Assembly: GCA_913061095.1 (NCBI GenBank)
Contig: CAJXVM010000022.1
Coordinates: 7,845-71,844 of the forward strand
Length of the DNA stretch: 64,000 nucleotides
Origin: an uncultured Ignavibacteria bacterium
GTDB lineage: Bacteria; Bacteroidota; Ignavibacteria; SZUA-365
Direction: 5' to 3'
Made by a program: the position numbers and the translations under genes. The notes under the pieces were generated by a model. It worked only from the letters and a program-made list of their open reading frames with translations. It was not told where the DNA came from and made no database searches. Below, in pieces: positions 45,096-55,589 of this stretch. How positions within the stretch are numbered: the first letter of the stretch is position 1; the number at the start of each line of letters is the position of its first letter.

Positions 45096-45125
45096 CTCTG
45101 CGTTCCTCAGCGTTCCTCTGTGGTG
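45096..45125. repeat. Solo 10-bp-periodic arm (ctctgcgttc ctcagcgttc ctctgtggtg)
   Basis: Three imperfect units ending in tgtggtg, the same architecture as the 40820 arm. Confidence 0.65.
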
Positions 45126-45301
45126 AAAAACCCTCTGCGTCCTCTCCACGTGAAGTGACGCATGATGCGCGGGCGGATAATGCATGCAGGGAAAACGGCT
45201 GGGCGGGAGCAGTTCACACGCCTCTGTACGGCAGTCCGTATTGCATGTTCATTTTCGGATAGTTACATTCCGTTGTTGCGTCACAAGCCCCCGGTGCCCG
45301 C

Positions 45302-45697
45302 ATGAAGGATTTTTCCATCAAGAAGCTCTACTACTCGATCAGCGAGGTGAGCAAGATCACGAACCTGGAGCAGTACGTTCTGCGCTACTGGGAGTCCGAG
45401 TTCGACGAACTGAAGCCCGCGAAAAACCGCGCCGGGAACCGCATTTACACCAACAAGGACATTCAGCTCATCCTCTTCATCAAGAAGCTCCTGCGGGATG
45501 AACGCTACACCATCGAAGGAGCCAAGCAGGTGCTGAAGACGTACACTCCCGGACAGGAGCACGATTTCGCGGGTGAGGACGAAGAATCGGATACCGCCCA
45601 GACGGCACTCGTCTTCGAGCCGGAAGGCAAACTGCGCGAAGATCTGCTGAAAATACGGCAGTTCCTCGAGGATCTCCGCGAGCGCGTCCGCGGCTGA
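45302..45697 (+). CDS. MerR family HTH transcriptional regulator
   Basis: KLYYSISEVS...YVLRYWESEF..LKP.KNR.GNR.YT..D. Confidence 0.9.
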   Translation: MKDFSIKKLYYSISEVSKITNLEQYVLRYWESEFDELKPAKNRAGNRIYTNKDIQLILFIKKLLRDERYTIEGAKQVLKTYTPGQEHDFAGEDEESDTAQTALVFEPEGKLREDLLKIRQFLEDLRERVRG

Positions 45698-45819
45698 GCG
45701 CCGCGCATCGGCAGGATCACACCTGCCGGCGTTTTGCCCGCGTATCCTTCCCCTCAATTAGGTTTTTCTTCCTGATTTGTTGTATATTTGATGTCTCGCA
45801 TCCCCGTGATGCGACGGTT

Positions 45820-45893
<74 letters not shown>

Positions 45894-45906
45894 CGAAGAT
45901 TGTGAC

Positions 45907-45938
45907 GACGGGCATTCCATTGAGGATGCCCGTTTTTT
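45907..45938 (+). terminator. Intrinsic terminator after tRNA-Pro
   Basis: acgggcattc...ggatgcccgt followed by ttttt. Confidence 0.75.
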
Positions 45939-45975
45939 CGTTTAGGATTGGGGAGTGATCAACAAGGCTGAACCC

Positions 45976-46926
45976 TCAAAACAAATCCCCCATCCCCAGC
46001 TTCCCCGCCATCTTCTCCGTTGTCTTGAAATGCAGCTTCGCGTACTTCTTCATCCCCTCCGCTCCCTCATTCTTCACGATGTGATCGGCGGCGCGGAGGA
46101 TGGCACTTTCGTTTGAGGCGCCAAGAGGCAGAGCACAGCCGCCCTGCTCCTCGAGCTGCTTCATGCGGCGCGTGAATTCATCGCGGGCGATGATGGACGC
46201 CGCCGCAACGGCGGGGTCGGCCTCGGCGCGGACGTGCTGATGGACGGTGATGCCGCGTCCCCTTTTCATCAGCGCCCGCTCGATGACGGACTCCTGTGCG
46301 AATTTGTCGCAGATCGCATGCTCCACTCCCTCGTGCTTCTCGAGAATGTTCTCGATCACGCGCGCGTGCATCCAGGCGAGCATGCGCTGGGAGTTCCGCC
46401 CGAAAGCGGACTGCGCCATCAGCTCGTTGTAGCGTTCGGGCATGATGGTGACCACGGTCACGCCATCCCCGCAGATCGAGCGGATCTCGCGCGCGGCCTG
46501 GGTAATGCGTCCGCCGGTCAGCTCCTTGCTGTCGCGCAGCAGGAGGGGACGCAGACGCAGCAGCGCGTCGGCATCCACCAGTACGCCCGCCGCGGTGAGC
46601 GGACCGAAATAATCACCCTTCCCCGATTCATCCACCCCGATCCACGACGTCACCGTTTCGGGAAGGAACGGACTCGCGACCGGTTCGTCGCCGTACAGCT
46701 GCAGCTCCACCAGCTCGCGCACGGGCGTCTTTTTCCCCTGCACCTTCGGCGTGAGCTTGCCCTTGCTGTTGAAATACACCAGCACCTTCACCTTCTGCGC
46801 TCCATTGCCAACGTCGGCCTCGACGTTCCAGTCCTTGTGCATGATGGGGTCGACCAGCAGTCCGGCGGCCGTGCAGCGGTCCAATATGGTATTGAGGGCT
46901 TCTTCAGCGAGCTGGGAGGCTGTCAT
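45976..46926 (-). CDS. rnhC: Ribonuclease HIII
   Basis: IGVDESGKGDYFGPL, LRDSK, VAAASIIARDEF, AKLHFKT; N-terminal extra domain. Confidence 0.9.
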   Translation of the reverse strand: MTASQLAEEALNTILDRCTAAGLLVDPIMHKDWNVEADVGNGAQKVKVLVYFNSKGKLTPKVQGKKTPVRELVELQLYGDEPVASPFLPETVTSWIGVDESGKGDYFGPLTAAGVLVDADALLRLRPLLLRDSKELTGGRITQAAREIRSICGDGVTVVTIMPERYNELMAQSAFGRNSQRMLAWMHARVIENILEKHEGVEHAICDKFAQESVIERALMKRGRGITVHQHVRAEADPAVAAASIIARDEFTRRMKQLEEQGGCALPLGASNESAILRAADHIVKNEGAEGMKKYAKLHFKTTEKMAGKLGMGDLF

Positions 46927-46989
46927 GGGGGGAAATATAACACCACCGCGCATTTGACACACATTTCCGCTTCGCCGTATTTTTTGGAG

Positions 46990-48324
46990 ATGAAACTCGA
47001 GCTGTTCCCCTCGCAGAAACACAGGTATGCCGCAGTGGTCGCCGCGGTGCTGCTTGCCGTCACCACCGTGACGATATGGACGCTTTCGGAAAGCGCCGCC
47101 GTGTCCACGAAACATGCCGGTGCCACGCCGGTACCCGCTCCCCCGGCACTCGCGGAAAACCCGGAGGCGCTGGGACTCCAGCATTACGAGGGCAGCATCA
47201 AACCCCGCATGCCCTTCATCGCGGCCATGCTCGATGCCGGCATCGAGCGTCCGGTGGCCGACACGATTCAGAAACACCTGGGCACGGTGGAGTTCGATTT
47301 CCGCAAATGCCGTCCCGGACAGACTTTCATCGCGCAGGTGGATTCCACCGGCAGGCTGTACGCCTTCAATTACGTCACCAACCGCCTGCACAGCTACTGG
47401 ATCAGCCGCGACAGCAGCGACATGCTGCGCGCCAGCACCTGGGAAACTCCCGTCGAAACCGAACTGCTTTCCATCGAGGGCAGCGTGGAGACATCGGTGT
47501 ACCAGACCATCCTCGGCATGGGCGAACGGCCGCAGCTGGTGGCCGACTATGTGGACGTCCTCGGCTACGACATCGACTTCATTTTCGATCCGCGCGTGGG
47601 CGACCGCTTCCGCATCCTGGTCGAGCGCCGCATGCTCGATGATGAAATAGTGGGATACGGAAACATCCTTGCCGCGGAATACGAAGGAGAACTGACCGGA
47701 CGCGTGGTGGGCTACCGCTTCGACGCCGGGGAGGAGGACGGTCCGGGCTACTTCGCGCCCGACGGCGAGAACCTTCAGAAAGCCTTCATGCGCTCGCCGC
47801 TGAGCATCCTGCGCGTGACCAGCGGCTACGGCATGCGCACCCATCCCATCTCTGGCAAGCGTAAAATGCACACCGGCATCGATTACGCCGCTCCCACCGG
47901 CACGCCCGTCTGGGCGGTCGGCTCCGGCACAGTGGCCTTCACCGGCTGGAAGGGCGGCTACGGAAAGACCATCGAGATCAAGCACTCCGGCGCGGTGAAG
48001 ACGCGTTACGGACATCTCTCGAAGATTTTCGTTCGGAAGGGACAGGCGGTGCGGCAGCATCAGACCATCGGCGCGGTGGGCAGCACGGGCTACTCGACCG
48101 GACCCCACCTGCACTTCGAATACCTCGTCAACGGCAAGTTCACACAGCCGCGCAAGGTGAAGAATCCCTCGCTCAAGCGTCTGGAGGAAGGACAGATGCC
48201 CGCATTCACCAGCGAAATGGGACGCATCGACAGCCTGTGGATGAACACGCCGAAGCATATCGGCGAACTGCGCCGCAACGCCATCGCCGGCGCACGGAGT
48301 CCGGCCGCCAGCAAGGACGCCTGA
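46990..48324 (+). CDS. M23 family peptidoglycan DD-endopeptidase (MepM-like)
   Basis: HTGIDYAAPTGTP, GYG...H...TRYGHL, STGPHLHFE; N-terminal TM. Confidence 0.92.
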   Translation: MKLELFPSQKHRYAAVVAAVLLAVTTVTIWTLSESAAVSTKHAGATPVPAPPALAENPEALGLQHYEGSIKPRMPFIAAMLDAGIERPVADTIQKHLGTVEFDFRKCRPGQTFIAQVDSTGRLYAFNYVTNRLHSYWISRDSSDMLRASTWETPVETELLSIEGSVETSVYQTILGMGERPQLVADYVDVLGYDIDFIFDPRVGDRFRILVERRMLDDEIVGYGNILAAEYEGELTGRVVGYRFDAGEEDGPGYFAPDGENLQKAFMRSPLSILRVTSGYGMRTHPISGKRKMHTGIDYAAPTGTPVWAVGSGTVAFTGWKGGYGKTIEIKHSGAVKTRYGHLSKIFVRKGQAVRQHQTIGAVGSTGYSTGPHLHFEYLVNGKFTQPRKVKNPSLKRLEEGQMPAFTSEMGRIDSLWMNTPKHIGELRRNAIAGARSPAASKDA

Positions 48325-48487
48325 TCACCGCGGGCAGATCCGGTGCATTCGCACCGCACCCCCGAACAGCACGGCTGTGCGGCATCCCCGCATCACACCT
48401 CGAGTGCTACGCTCGATTTCGAAGGCAACTCTCACCCGTTTGCTCCGTACAGAAAAGAGCAATCTGTCATACAGCAAGAGAACGACG

Positions 48488-50428
48488 ATGAAACACGTTC
48501 TGACCGCCTTCCTTCTTACTCTTCTCATCCTTCCCGCACATGCCCAGGTCCCGCCCACCGACAACCTCGAGGTGAGCGGCATCCCGCCCATCCCCGAATC
48601 CGTCGTGGAGCGCACGAACCAGTACTTCAACGTCCGCGGCGCCGGCTTCACCGGCTGGCTGCCCGACGGCGACGGCATGTACATTTCCACGCGCTTCGGC
48701 AACACGAATCAGATCCATCACGTCTCCGGCCCCGGCATGGCGCGCCGGCAGCTCACGTTTTTCGAAGAGCCTGTCTACGGCGCCTCCCCGGATCCACGCG
48801 AGGGGAAAAACGGCTTCTGCTTCTCGCGCGACGTGGGTGGTGGGGAGTTCTACCAGATCTTCTATTTCGACCGCGACCGCGGCGAGTCGTGGATGCTCAC
48901 CGACGGCAAGAGCCGCAACTCCGGTGCCTACTGGTCCAACAGCAGCGGCGTGTTCACCTTTTCCTCCAACCGCCGCGACGGGAAAAACACCGACGTCTGG
49001 ATCATGGATCCGGATCAGGCGGACGGCGCACGAATCCTCACCGAAAAGGAAGGATCGTGGTACGGCGCGGCCTGGTCTCCCGACGACAGCCGCCTGCTCG
49101 TCATACAGTACGTGTCCGCGAACGAAACCCACCCCTGGATCATCGACGTCAGCAGCCGGGACATGGCAGCAATGTTCCCGGAAAGCGATCGGCAAGTATC
49201 CTACAGCAGCTTTGAGTGGGCGCCCGACGGCAACACGATTTACTACACCTCCGACGAGGATGACGAATTCCAGCAGCTGCACGCCTACGACGTCTCCGCC
49301 GGCACGACGCGCAATCTCACGCCCGAACTCAATTGGGATATCGTGAATCTCGAAGTCTCCGACGACGGCCGCTGGCTCGCCTACACGACGAACGAGGACG
49401 GCATCTCCCGGCTGCACCTGTTCAGCATGCCGGGCATGAAGCCCGCGCGCCACGAACCGATTCGGGTCGGACTCATCGGCGGCATGAAATTCAACGAAGC
49501 GGGCACGAAGCTCGCGCTGAATATCAACGCGGCCGACAGTCCGACCGACGCCTGGGTGATCGACCTGCCCGGCGGCACGGTGACGAGGTGGACCTACAGC
49601 GAGGTGGGCGGACTCAACACCGCCTCCTTCGTCACGCCCGAACTGATTCACTATCCCACCTTCGACACCGACGAAAGCGGCGCCGTGCGTAACATCCCGG
49701 CATTCATGTACCTGCCCGAAAACGCGCGCGGCAGCGTACCGGTGATCATCGACATCCATGGCGGACCCGAGGGACAGTCCCGGCCGTGGTTCTCCTCGAT
49801 CACGCAGTACTGGGTCAACGAACTCGGCTGCGCCGTCATCCTGCCCAACGTGCGCGGATCTACCGGCTACGGCAAGAGCTACCTCGCGCTGGACAATGGC
49901 TTCAACCGCGAGGAATCCGTCAAAGACATCGGCGCGCTGCTCGACTGGATCGAAACGCAGCCCGGGCTCGACGCGGATCGCGTGGCCGTGTATGGCGGTT
50001 CCTACGGCGGTTACATGGTGCTCGCCGCGATGACGAATTATCCCGAGCGCATCCGCTGCGGAGTGGACATCGTGGGGATATCGAACTTCGTGACCTTCCT
50101 CGAAAACACGAAGGAATACCGGCAGGATCTTCGTCGGGTGGAATACGGTGACGAGCGGGATCCCGACATGCGCGCGTTTCTGCAGAACATCTCACCGACA
50201 AACAACGCCGACAAAATCCGCAGCCCGCTCTTCGTGGCGCAGGGGGAGAACGATCCCCGCGTGCCCGCGAGCGAAGCGCGGCAGATCGTCACAGCGGTGG
50301 AAGACAACGGCATCCCGGTGTGGACGCTGTTCGCAAAAGACGAGGGCCACGGGTTCCGGAAGAAGAACAACCGGGATTACTTCAACTGGTCCACCATACT
50401 GTTTTTCCAGGAATTTCTTCTGAAGTGA
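48488..50428 (+). CDS. S9 family peptidase (prolyl oligopeptidase / acylaminoacyl peptidase), exported
   Basis: IHGGPE, NVRGSTGYG, GGSYGG, NDPRVP, DEGHGF. Confidence 0.92.
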   Translation: MKHVLTAFLLTLLILPAHAQVPPTDNLEVSGIPPIPESVVERTNQYFNVRGAGFTGWLPDGDGMYISTRFGNTNQIHHVSGPGMARRQLTFFEEPVYGASPDPREGKNGFCFSRDVGGGEFYQIFYFDRDRGESWMLTDGKSRNSGAYWSNSSGVFTFSSNRRDGKNTDVWIMDPDQADGARILTEKEGSWYGAAWSPDDSRLLVIQYVSANETHPWIIDVSSRDMAAMFPESDRQVSYSSFEWAPDGNTIYYTSDEDDEFQQLHAYDVSAGTTRNLTPELNWDIVNLEVSDDGRWLAYTTNEDGISRLHLFSMPGMKPARHEPIRVGLIGGMKFNEAGTKLALNINAADSPTDAWVIDLPGGTVTRWTYSEVGGLNTASFVTPELIHYPTFDTDESGAVRNIPAFMYLPENARGSVPVIIDIHGGPEGQSRPWFSSITQYWVNELGCAVILPNVRGSTGYGKSYLALDNGFNREESVKDIGALLDWIETQPGLDADRVAVYGGSYGGYMVLAAMTNYPERIRCGVDIVGISNFVTFLENTKEYRQDLRRVEYGDERDPDMRAFLQNISPTNNADKIRSPLFVAQGENDPRVPASEARQIVTAVEDNGIPVWTLFAKDEGHGFRKKNNRDYFNWSTILFFQEFLLK

Positions 50429-50433
50429 GCGCC

Positions 50434-50763
50434 ATGAGCCGGGACACATCCATACAGCAGGACAGCCGCCGCGTCATCGCGACGCAGTTCGGCCTCGAAT
50501 TCGACGAGGAGGGACCACAGAGTATCGAGGACCGCGAACACGCCTTCCGGGCGCTGCTGATCGAACGCATCGTCGCCCTGCTCACGCATGACATGGAGCG
50601 GCTGATGAACATCCTCTACCGTGTGGATGTTTCCGAGGAGCTCGCCGCGCAGGCCTTCCGCGACAACGCGCCGGAGCACATCGCTCCGGCGCTCGCGGAT
50701 CTCATCATCGCGCGCCAGCTCGCCAAGGCCGAAACCCGCGCGCGGTACAGGGACGGTATATAA
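50434..50763 (+). CDS. Hypothetical protein (small, helical)
   Basis: Coding-like ORF 5 bp after the S9 stop; L.NILYRVDVSE...LII.RQL.K. Confidence 0.7.
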   Translation: MSRDTSIQQDSRRVIATQFGLEFDEEGPQSIEDREHAFRALLIERIVALLTHDMERLMNILYRVDVSEELAAQAFRDNAPEHIAPALADLIIARQLAKAETRARYRDGI

Positions 50764-50766
50764 AAA

Positions 50767-51912
50767 TCAGATCTGCTTCGAGCGGATCCGCACTCTCCCC
50801 TCTTCGACCTCCACCTCGATCTTCTCGCGCATTTCTTCCATCTTTTCGCGCAGCTCTTCCTGCAGTTCCTTCATTTCGATCTCCTTGCCGTTGAGCATGA
50901 TGCGCATTTCGCGGAGTCCTTCGCGCATGTCGTCGGCGTCAATGTCGATGTCGATGTCCACTTCGGGGACATTCCCCAGCGCCTCCTCGACGATCTCCTC
51001 GATTTCTTCCGCGTCGGGGATGCTCTCGAAATCGATACCCTCGTCATCGGAACGGAAACGGAACACATGCGGGCCGCCCTGGCCGTACCAGTGGAAGCGG
51101 TGCTCCTCGATTTCCTTCGCGGTCAGCTCGAGCGTCATTTCCTTCCCATTCCGGAGGATCTGCACGGGAATCTTCTCGCCGGGATCGTAGGCGCCGAGCA
51201 CGTGCTTGAAATCCTTCACGTCCTCGACGGTCTTTTTGCCCGCACGCAGGATCACGTCGCCGGCCCTGAATCCCGCCTTCGCGGCGTCGCTGTCCTCTTC
51301 CACTTCCTTCACCAGCACGCCCTCGCCCTCCGGCGCGCCGAAATAGGCGGCAAGCTGCTCACCGAGCGTCTCGATGACCAGTCCGTACGATGAAGAGTGA
51401 TCCCACGTCATGCCGTGTCCGCCGATGTCCATGCGGGGTGCGCGGGGCGCACGCGGAGCGCGCGGCATGCGGATGTTCCTCATGATCTTGACAATGCGCT
51501 GCTTCGCCGTGCCGAGACGGACGTCCAGCGTCATTTGCTTTCCGTTACGCATGAGCGTCACGGTCGCCATGCTGCCGGGATCGCTCTTGCCCACGGCTTT
51601 GACCAGCGCGTCGGCGTCCTCGATTTCGACGTTGTTGAAGGCGATGATGATGTCATCCACTTCGATGCCGGCGGAGTCGGCCGGACTGTCTTCCACCACC
51701 TCGTACACCCAGGCGCCCGTTGCATCGTTGAGTCCTGCCTCTTCAGCGGCCTCATCGGTGACATCTTTGATTTTCACGCCCAGCCAGCCGCCGTTGAGTT
51801 TCATCACAACCTCGTCTTCGTCGTCACCGCCGGTTGCGGCCGTCGTCGTCGAGACATCGCCGAGAAAGCCCAGCAGAAGCAGGACGGGCAGAATGATATA
51901 CAGTGGTTTCAT
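50767..51912 (-). CDS. Exported tandem-PDZ protein without a protease domain
   Basis: GWLGV...DSPA..AG...DII and GL....GVLV.EV...S.A.KAG..AGDVI; acidic coiled C-terminus. Confidence 0.85.
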   Translation of the reverse strand: MKPLYIILPVLLLLGFLGDVSTTTAATGGDDEDEVVMKLNGGWLGVKIKDVTDEAAEEAGLNDATGAWVYEVVEDSPADSAGIEVDDIIIAFNNVEIEDADALVKAVGKSDPGSMATVTLMRNGKQMTLDVRLGTAKQRIVKIMRNIRMPRAPRAPRAPRMDIGGHGMTWDHSSSYGLVIETLGEQLAAYFGAPEGEGVLVKEVEEDSDAAKAGFRAGDVILRAGKKTVEDVKDFKHVLGAYDPGEKIPVQILRNGKEMTLELTAKEIEEHRFHWYGQGGPHVFRFRSDDEGIDFESIPDAEEIEEIVEEALGNVPEVDIDIDIDADDMREGLREMRIMLNGKEIEMKELQEELREKMEEMREKIEVEVEEGRVRIRSKQI

Positions 51913-52078
51913 GATTCACTCCATCAGTATCGTTCAGCGGAATTGTGTGCCTTGTCTTCGTTTAGACGGAGGGATCGCTCTTTTGTTCCATGTGAAATCC
52001 GTAATTTCCCGTGACGCCATTCCGTCGTCCTGCAACCCTTTTCGCCTTCGCCGCGTCATAGTCGTCGGAGGCAATGCC

Positions 52079-52696
52079 ATGATTGCAGGACAGTACACCA
52101 TCGACATTCCCATCATTCGCGAGCGCATGCAGCACGCCATTGCCGACATCGACCACACTCTGCTCGACCGCGCCGCCGCGGGCGACATCATGGCATTCCG
52201 CACGATTTACGACGAGTGGAAGGCGCCGATGTACACGCTGGCCTTCCGCTTTCACGGCAATCGCGAGGATGCAGAGGACAGCCTGCAGGAGGCCTTTGTG
52301 CACATGTACCGCGGCATCGGCGGCTTTCGGCGCGAGGCGCGCTTTTCCTCCTGGATGTACCGCATCGTCATGAACGCCTGCATTTCGAGCACGCGTCCGA
52401 AACGCAGCGGCGAACGCCCCGTGGATCTGCGCGGCGAAGCGGAGCAGCCCGCCGCTGCGGATCCCGACCGCGACGCGGTGATGCGCGATATCCTCGAAGA
52501 GGAAATCGCCCGCCTTCCCGAACTGCAGCGCGCCGTGTTCCTGCTGCATGCGGACCAGGGACAGACGCACGGCGACATCGCGGACATCCTTCGCATCGGC
52601 GTGGGAACGTCGAAATCCTATTACCATCGCGCGCGCACGGCGCTGAAGGAGGCGCTCGCGCGGCGTGGCATTCATCACCTGGAGGTGCAATCATGA
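52079..52696 (+). CDS. ECF sigma-70 factor
   Basis: DAEDSLQEAF, F....FSSWMYRI..N, LPE.QR.VF.L, IA..L....GT.KS..HRAR; start 52079 or 52127. Confidence 0.9.
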   Translation: MIAGQYTIDIPIIRERMQHAIADIDHTLLDRAAAGDIMAFRTIYDEWKAPMYTLAFRFHGNREDAEDSLQEAFVHMYRGIGGFRREARFSSWMYRIVMNACISSTRPKRSGERPVDLRGEAEQPAAADPDRDAVMRDILEEEIARLPELQRAVFLLHADQGQTHGDIADILRIGVGTSKSYYHRARTALKEALARRGIHHLEVQS

Positions 52697-53277
52697 CTCC
52701 CGAACAGGACCGTCCCGACGACCTCGAGCGCTACGTCGAGCGCCTGCCGCGGCATGAGCCCGGCGACGCCCTGTGGACGCGCATCGAACACTCGCTGCGC
52801 GAAGAGCAGCGCGCCGTGCGGGACGCGCAGACCGATCCCGGCATCATCGAGCGGCTCGCGCGCCTGTTCCGCGTGCGTGGACGCACGGTCGTCGTCAGCG
52901 CCGTCATGCTGCTCGTGGGCGTCGCCATGAGCTGGCTGCTGCTCAGCGATTACACGCTGCGGCAGGAAGAGCGCCTCGCGGCGGAGGAAAGCGACGAAAT
53001 GCTGCTCGACGCCGAGAGCGACATCCGGCAGGCGATCTTCTATTACGAGCGCGCGATCGACAAGCTCACCGTCCTCGCCGAGCGCAGCGAGGATCAGCTC
53101 GATCCGAAATTCGTCGCGCTGCAGAAAGACAAGATCGAACTCCTGCGCGCATCCATCGCGGAGTGCAAGGCGGCCATGCGCATCAACGGCGCGAATCCCG
53201 ATGTGCAGCATTACCTCTTCGCCGCCTACACCGACCTCCAGCAGACGCTGCAGCACATGGTCTCCCGGGCACAGTAG
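52693..53277 (+). CDS. Putative membrane anti-sigma factor
   Basis: ATGA overlap with the sigma gene; P...LW.RIE, single TM, helical periplasmic domain. Confidence 0.7.
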   Translation: MTPEQDRPDDLERYVERLPRHEPGDALWTRIEHSLREEQRAVRDAQTDPGIIERLARLFRVRGRTVVVSAVMLLVGVAMSWLLLSDYTLRQEERLAAEESDEMLLDAESDIRQAIFYYERAIDKLTVLAERSEDQLDPKFVALQKDKIELLRASIAECKAAMRINGANPDVQHYLFAAYTDLQQTLQHMVSRAQ

Positions 53278-53400
53278 GGTCCCGCCATGCGGGAATCACC
53301 CGGCAGGTGGGCAGATCCCGGTGCGCCGGCAGCACCCGGCAGACGGAACGATCCAGAAACACTGCAATCTTTTACGGACACAATGACATGGAATGGCATC

Positions 53401-54327
53401 ATGAAAACGATCATCATCACACTCGCAGTCGCCCTCTTCGCCGGCAGCACCGCCACGGCGCAGGAGTATGAGCGCACGATCAGGGAATCCTACAAAACGA
53501 CCGGCAGTCCGGAAGTCGTCGTCGACAGCCGCTTCGGCTCGGTCGACGTGCACACCGGCAGCGGCAGCACCGTCGACGCGGTCGTCACCGTCAACGTCGC
53601 GGCGGAATCGAAAGAAGAAGCACGGAAAATCGCCGAGAAGGTGCGGGTGGAAGTGAAAGGAAATTCGAAATTAGTCACCGTCCGCACCGCCCTCCCAGGC
53701 GGTATGGACGAAGAAGACGGCGCCGAGCGCAACATCACCATCGACGTCAACCTGAGCGTCCCGGCGAAAAGCCGCGTCGCCGTCGACAGCAAGTTCGGCG
53801 ACGTGGATGTCAGCGGCGTCGCGGGCAGCGTCGCGGTGGAGTGCGACTTCGGTTCGGCGGAAATCAAGAAATGTTCGAACGTGCGCGCCCAGTTCTCCTT
53901 CGGCGACCTCTCGCTGGGCGCCATCGAGGGCAGCCTTGCGGCGGAAGGGAAAATGGGACAGATCATCGCCTACGACATCCCGGGCGGCGAAATCAGCAGT
54001 TCCTACGGCGACGTGGAAATCAACGGCGTGAAAGGATCGCTCGACCTGACTTCCTCCATGGGCTCGCTGACCGTGAAGGGCATGAAAAACGGCACGATCA
54101 CGAACAGCTACGGCAGCGTGGACATCACCCTTCCTTCCTCCTTCAGCGGACGCATCGAGGCGTCCTCCTCCTTCGGCTCCGTCGATTCCGAGGTCGAACT
54201 GAAATCCGAAAAGAAGAAGCGCTCCCCCGGCGATATGGGCGATAAAAAATTCGGCAGCGTCGGCTCCGGCAGCGACCGCCTGGTGATCAAGACCAGTTTC
54301 GGGGATGTGAATATCGAAAAGGAGTGA
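53401..54327 (+). CDS. DUF4097 beta-strand repeat (adhesin-like) exported protein
   Basis: Signal peptide; repeated S.FG.V.V/SSYGDVEI units. Confidence 0.8.
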   Translation: MKTIIITLAVALFAGSTATAQEYERTIRESYKTTGSPEVVVDSRFGSVDVHTGSGSTVDAVVTVNVAAESKEEARKIAEKVRVEVKGNSKLVTVRTALPGGMDEEDGAERNITIDVNLSVPAKSRVAVDSKFGDVDVSGVAGSVAVECDFGSAEIKKCSNVRAQFSFGDLSLGAIEGSLAAEGKMGQIIAYDIPGGEISSSYGDVEINGVKGSLDLTSSMGSLTVKGMKNGTITNSYGSVDITLPSSFSGRIEASSSFGSVDSEVELKSEKKKRSPGDMGDKKFGSVGSGSDRLVIKTSFGDVNIEKE

Positions 54328-54438
54328 CGGACTCGACGGGAGAACTGAATCTTTTATTCCCATCCTCCGTATATGACAAATTGGAAGGCCGGCATTCCGG
54401 CCTTCCGGTACGTCTCATCTTCAGCCTGGAGTATACAC

Positions 54439-55353
54439 ATGAAACGATTCACCGCATTCCTTGCGCTGCTCGTCTTTGCCCTGATGCAGACGGCGAGCGC
54501 GCAGAACGTCTACGGAGAAATGAAACTGGAATACACCGACGGATTCCTGCTCGCGAAAACGGCCATGCCGAACGGTGAGCAGGGCTGGTTCGCCGTGGAT
54601 CTCGCCACGGGCACCACGGCGGTCACAAAGGCCTATGCCGGCACCTCGCAGATCGAGGACATGCGCGATGACCGCGATCCGCTCGCGCGTCCGGCCGCTC
54701 ACTTCGCGCTCGGCGGGTTCGGCGTCAGCAGCGAAATCGTCGGGACAACCACAATGCCCAGGCTGACCGTCGGAGGGTTGCAGTTCGAAAACGCGAAAGT
54801 CATGGTCATGGACCGCATGCCCGAAGTCGGCGGACGCCATCTCGCCGGTATCCTGGGCCTCGACATGCTGCGCCGCGCCGAGATCGCCGTGTTCATGTAC
54901 GGCGACTCCCCGCGCCTGCTGCTCAAGAGCCGCGAGCGTCCGGCTGCCGAAGGCGCCCTGGTCGTGCCCATGCGCGTGGAGAACGACTACGTGCTCATCG
55001 ACGGCAAGCTGAACGGCGAGCCCGTGCATTTTCTCATCGACACCGGTTCACCGGAATCCTACATCCCGGTGAAAACCGTGCGCGCCACCGGCGCCGCGGC
55101 CGTGCCGAATTCCACCCGCACCATCACGCTGCTCGACGGCTCGAAGACGAAAATACGCGATGCGCAGGTGAAATCGCTCGACATCGCGGGACGCAGTTTC
55201 AGCACGGCGGATTTCCGCATCGGTGAGCTGCCGGTGTTCGGCATGCTTCCGGGGGATGTCACGCCCGTGCTTCTGGGAAATTCCTTCCTCGGGGCGATGC
55301 AGTCCGTGCAGTTCAATTTTTCGGAAAAGACGGTCCGGCTGATCGTGCAATGA
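54439..55353 (+). CDS. Exported two-domain retropepsin-like aspartyl protease
   Basis: Domain 1 AVDLAT...GILGLDML; domain 2 FLIDTGS...LLGNSFL. Confidence 0.8.
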   Translation: MKRFTAFLALLVFALMQTASAQNVYGEMKLEYTDGFLLAKTAMPNGEQGWFAVDLATGTTAVTKAYAGTSQIEDMRDDRDPLARPAAHFALGGFGVSSEIVGTTTMPRLTVGGLQFENAKVMVMDRMPEVGGRHLAGILGLDMLRRAEIAVFMYGDSPRLLLKSRERPAAEGALVVPMRVENDYVLIDGKLNGEPVHFLIDTGSPESYIPVKTVRATGAAAVPNSTRTITLLDGSKTKIRDAQVKSLDIAGRSFSTADFRIGELPVFGMLPGDVTPVLLGNSFLGAMQSVQFNFSEKTVRLIVQ

Positions 55354-55384
55354 CATCACCTCACCCATGACAGTCTGGACAACG

Positions 55385-55410
55385 GGGCGGCAGCGATGCC
55401 GCCCTTTTTC
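55385..55410 (+). terminator. Intrinsic terminator
   Basis: gggcggca-gcga-tgccgccc-ttttt. Confidence 0.85.
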
Positions 55411-55413
55411 ATG

Positions 55414-55452
55414 CTCACAATTCCCCAACACAACGCTAATACCTTCATTACA
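55414..55452 (+). promoter_or_regulatory. Putative Pho-box-like 11-bp phased direct repeats
   Basis: ctcaca(55414), ccaaca(55425), ctaata(55436), attaca(55447) upstream of the TonB-phytase genes. Confidence 0.4.
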
Positions 55453-55589
55453 GGCGGATCGTAGTTTTACACCGATGTATCCGGAACATGAAGCTTCATG
55501 CTTCCAGTCCTTTTCGCTGGTCGATTCCGGAGACAGGAACGGCAATGATGCACAACTCCATCCATATACCATTCCAACATGAGGTGTCT

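Noticed and set aside
45976..48324. 760-aa and 696-aa mutually overlapping ORFs as true long proteins
   Set aside because: Each is a real gene (rnhC from 46926, M23 from 46990) plus a stop-free antisense shadow of the other, common at high GC3
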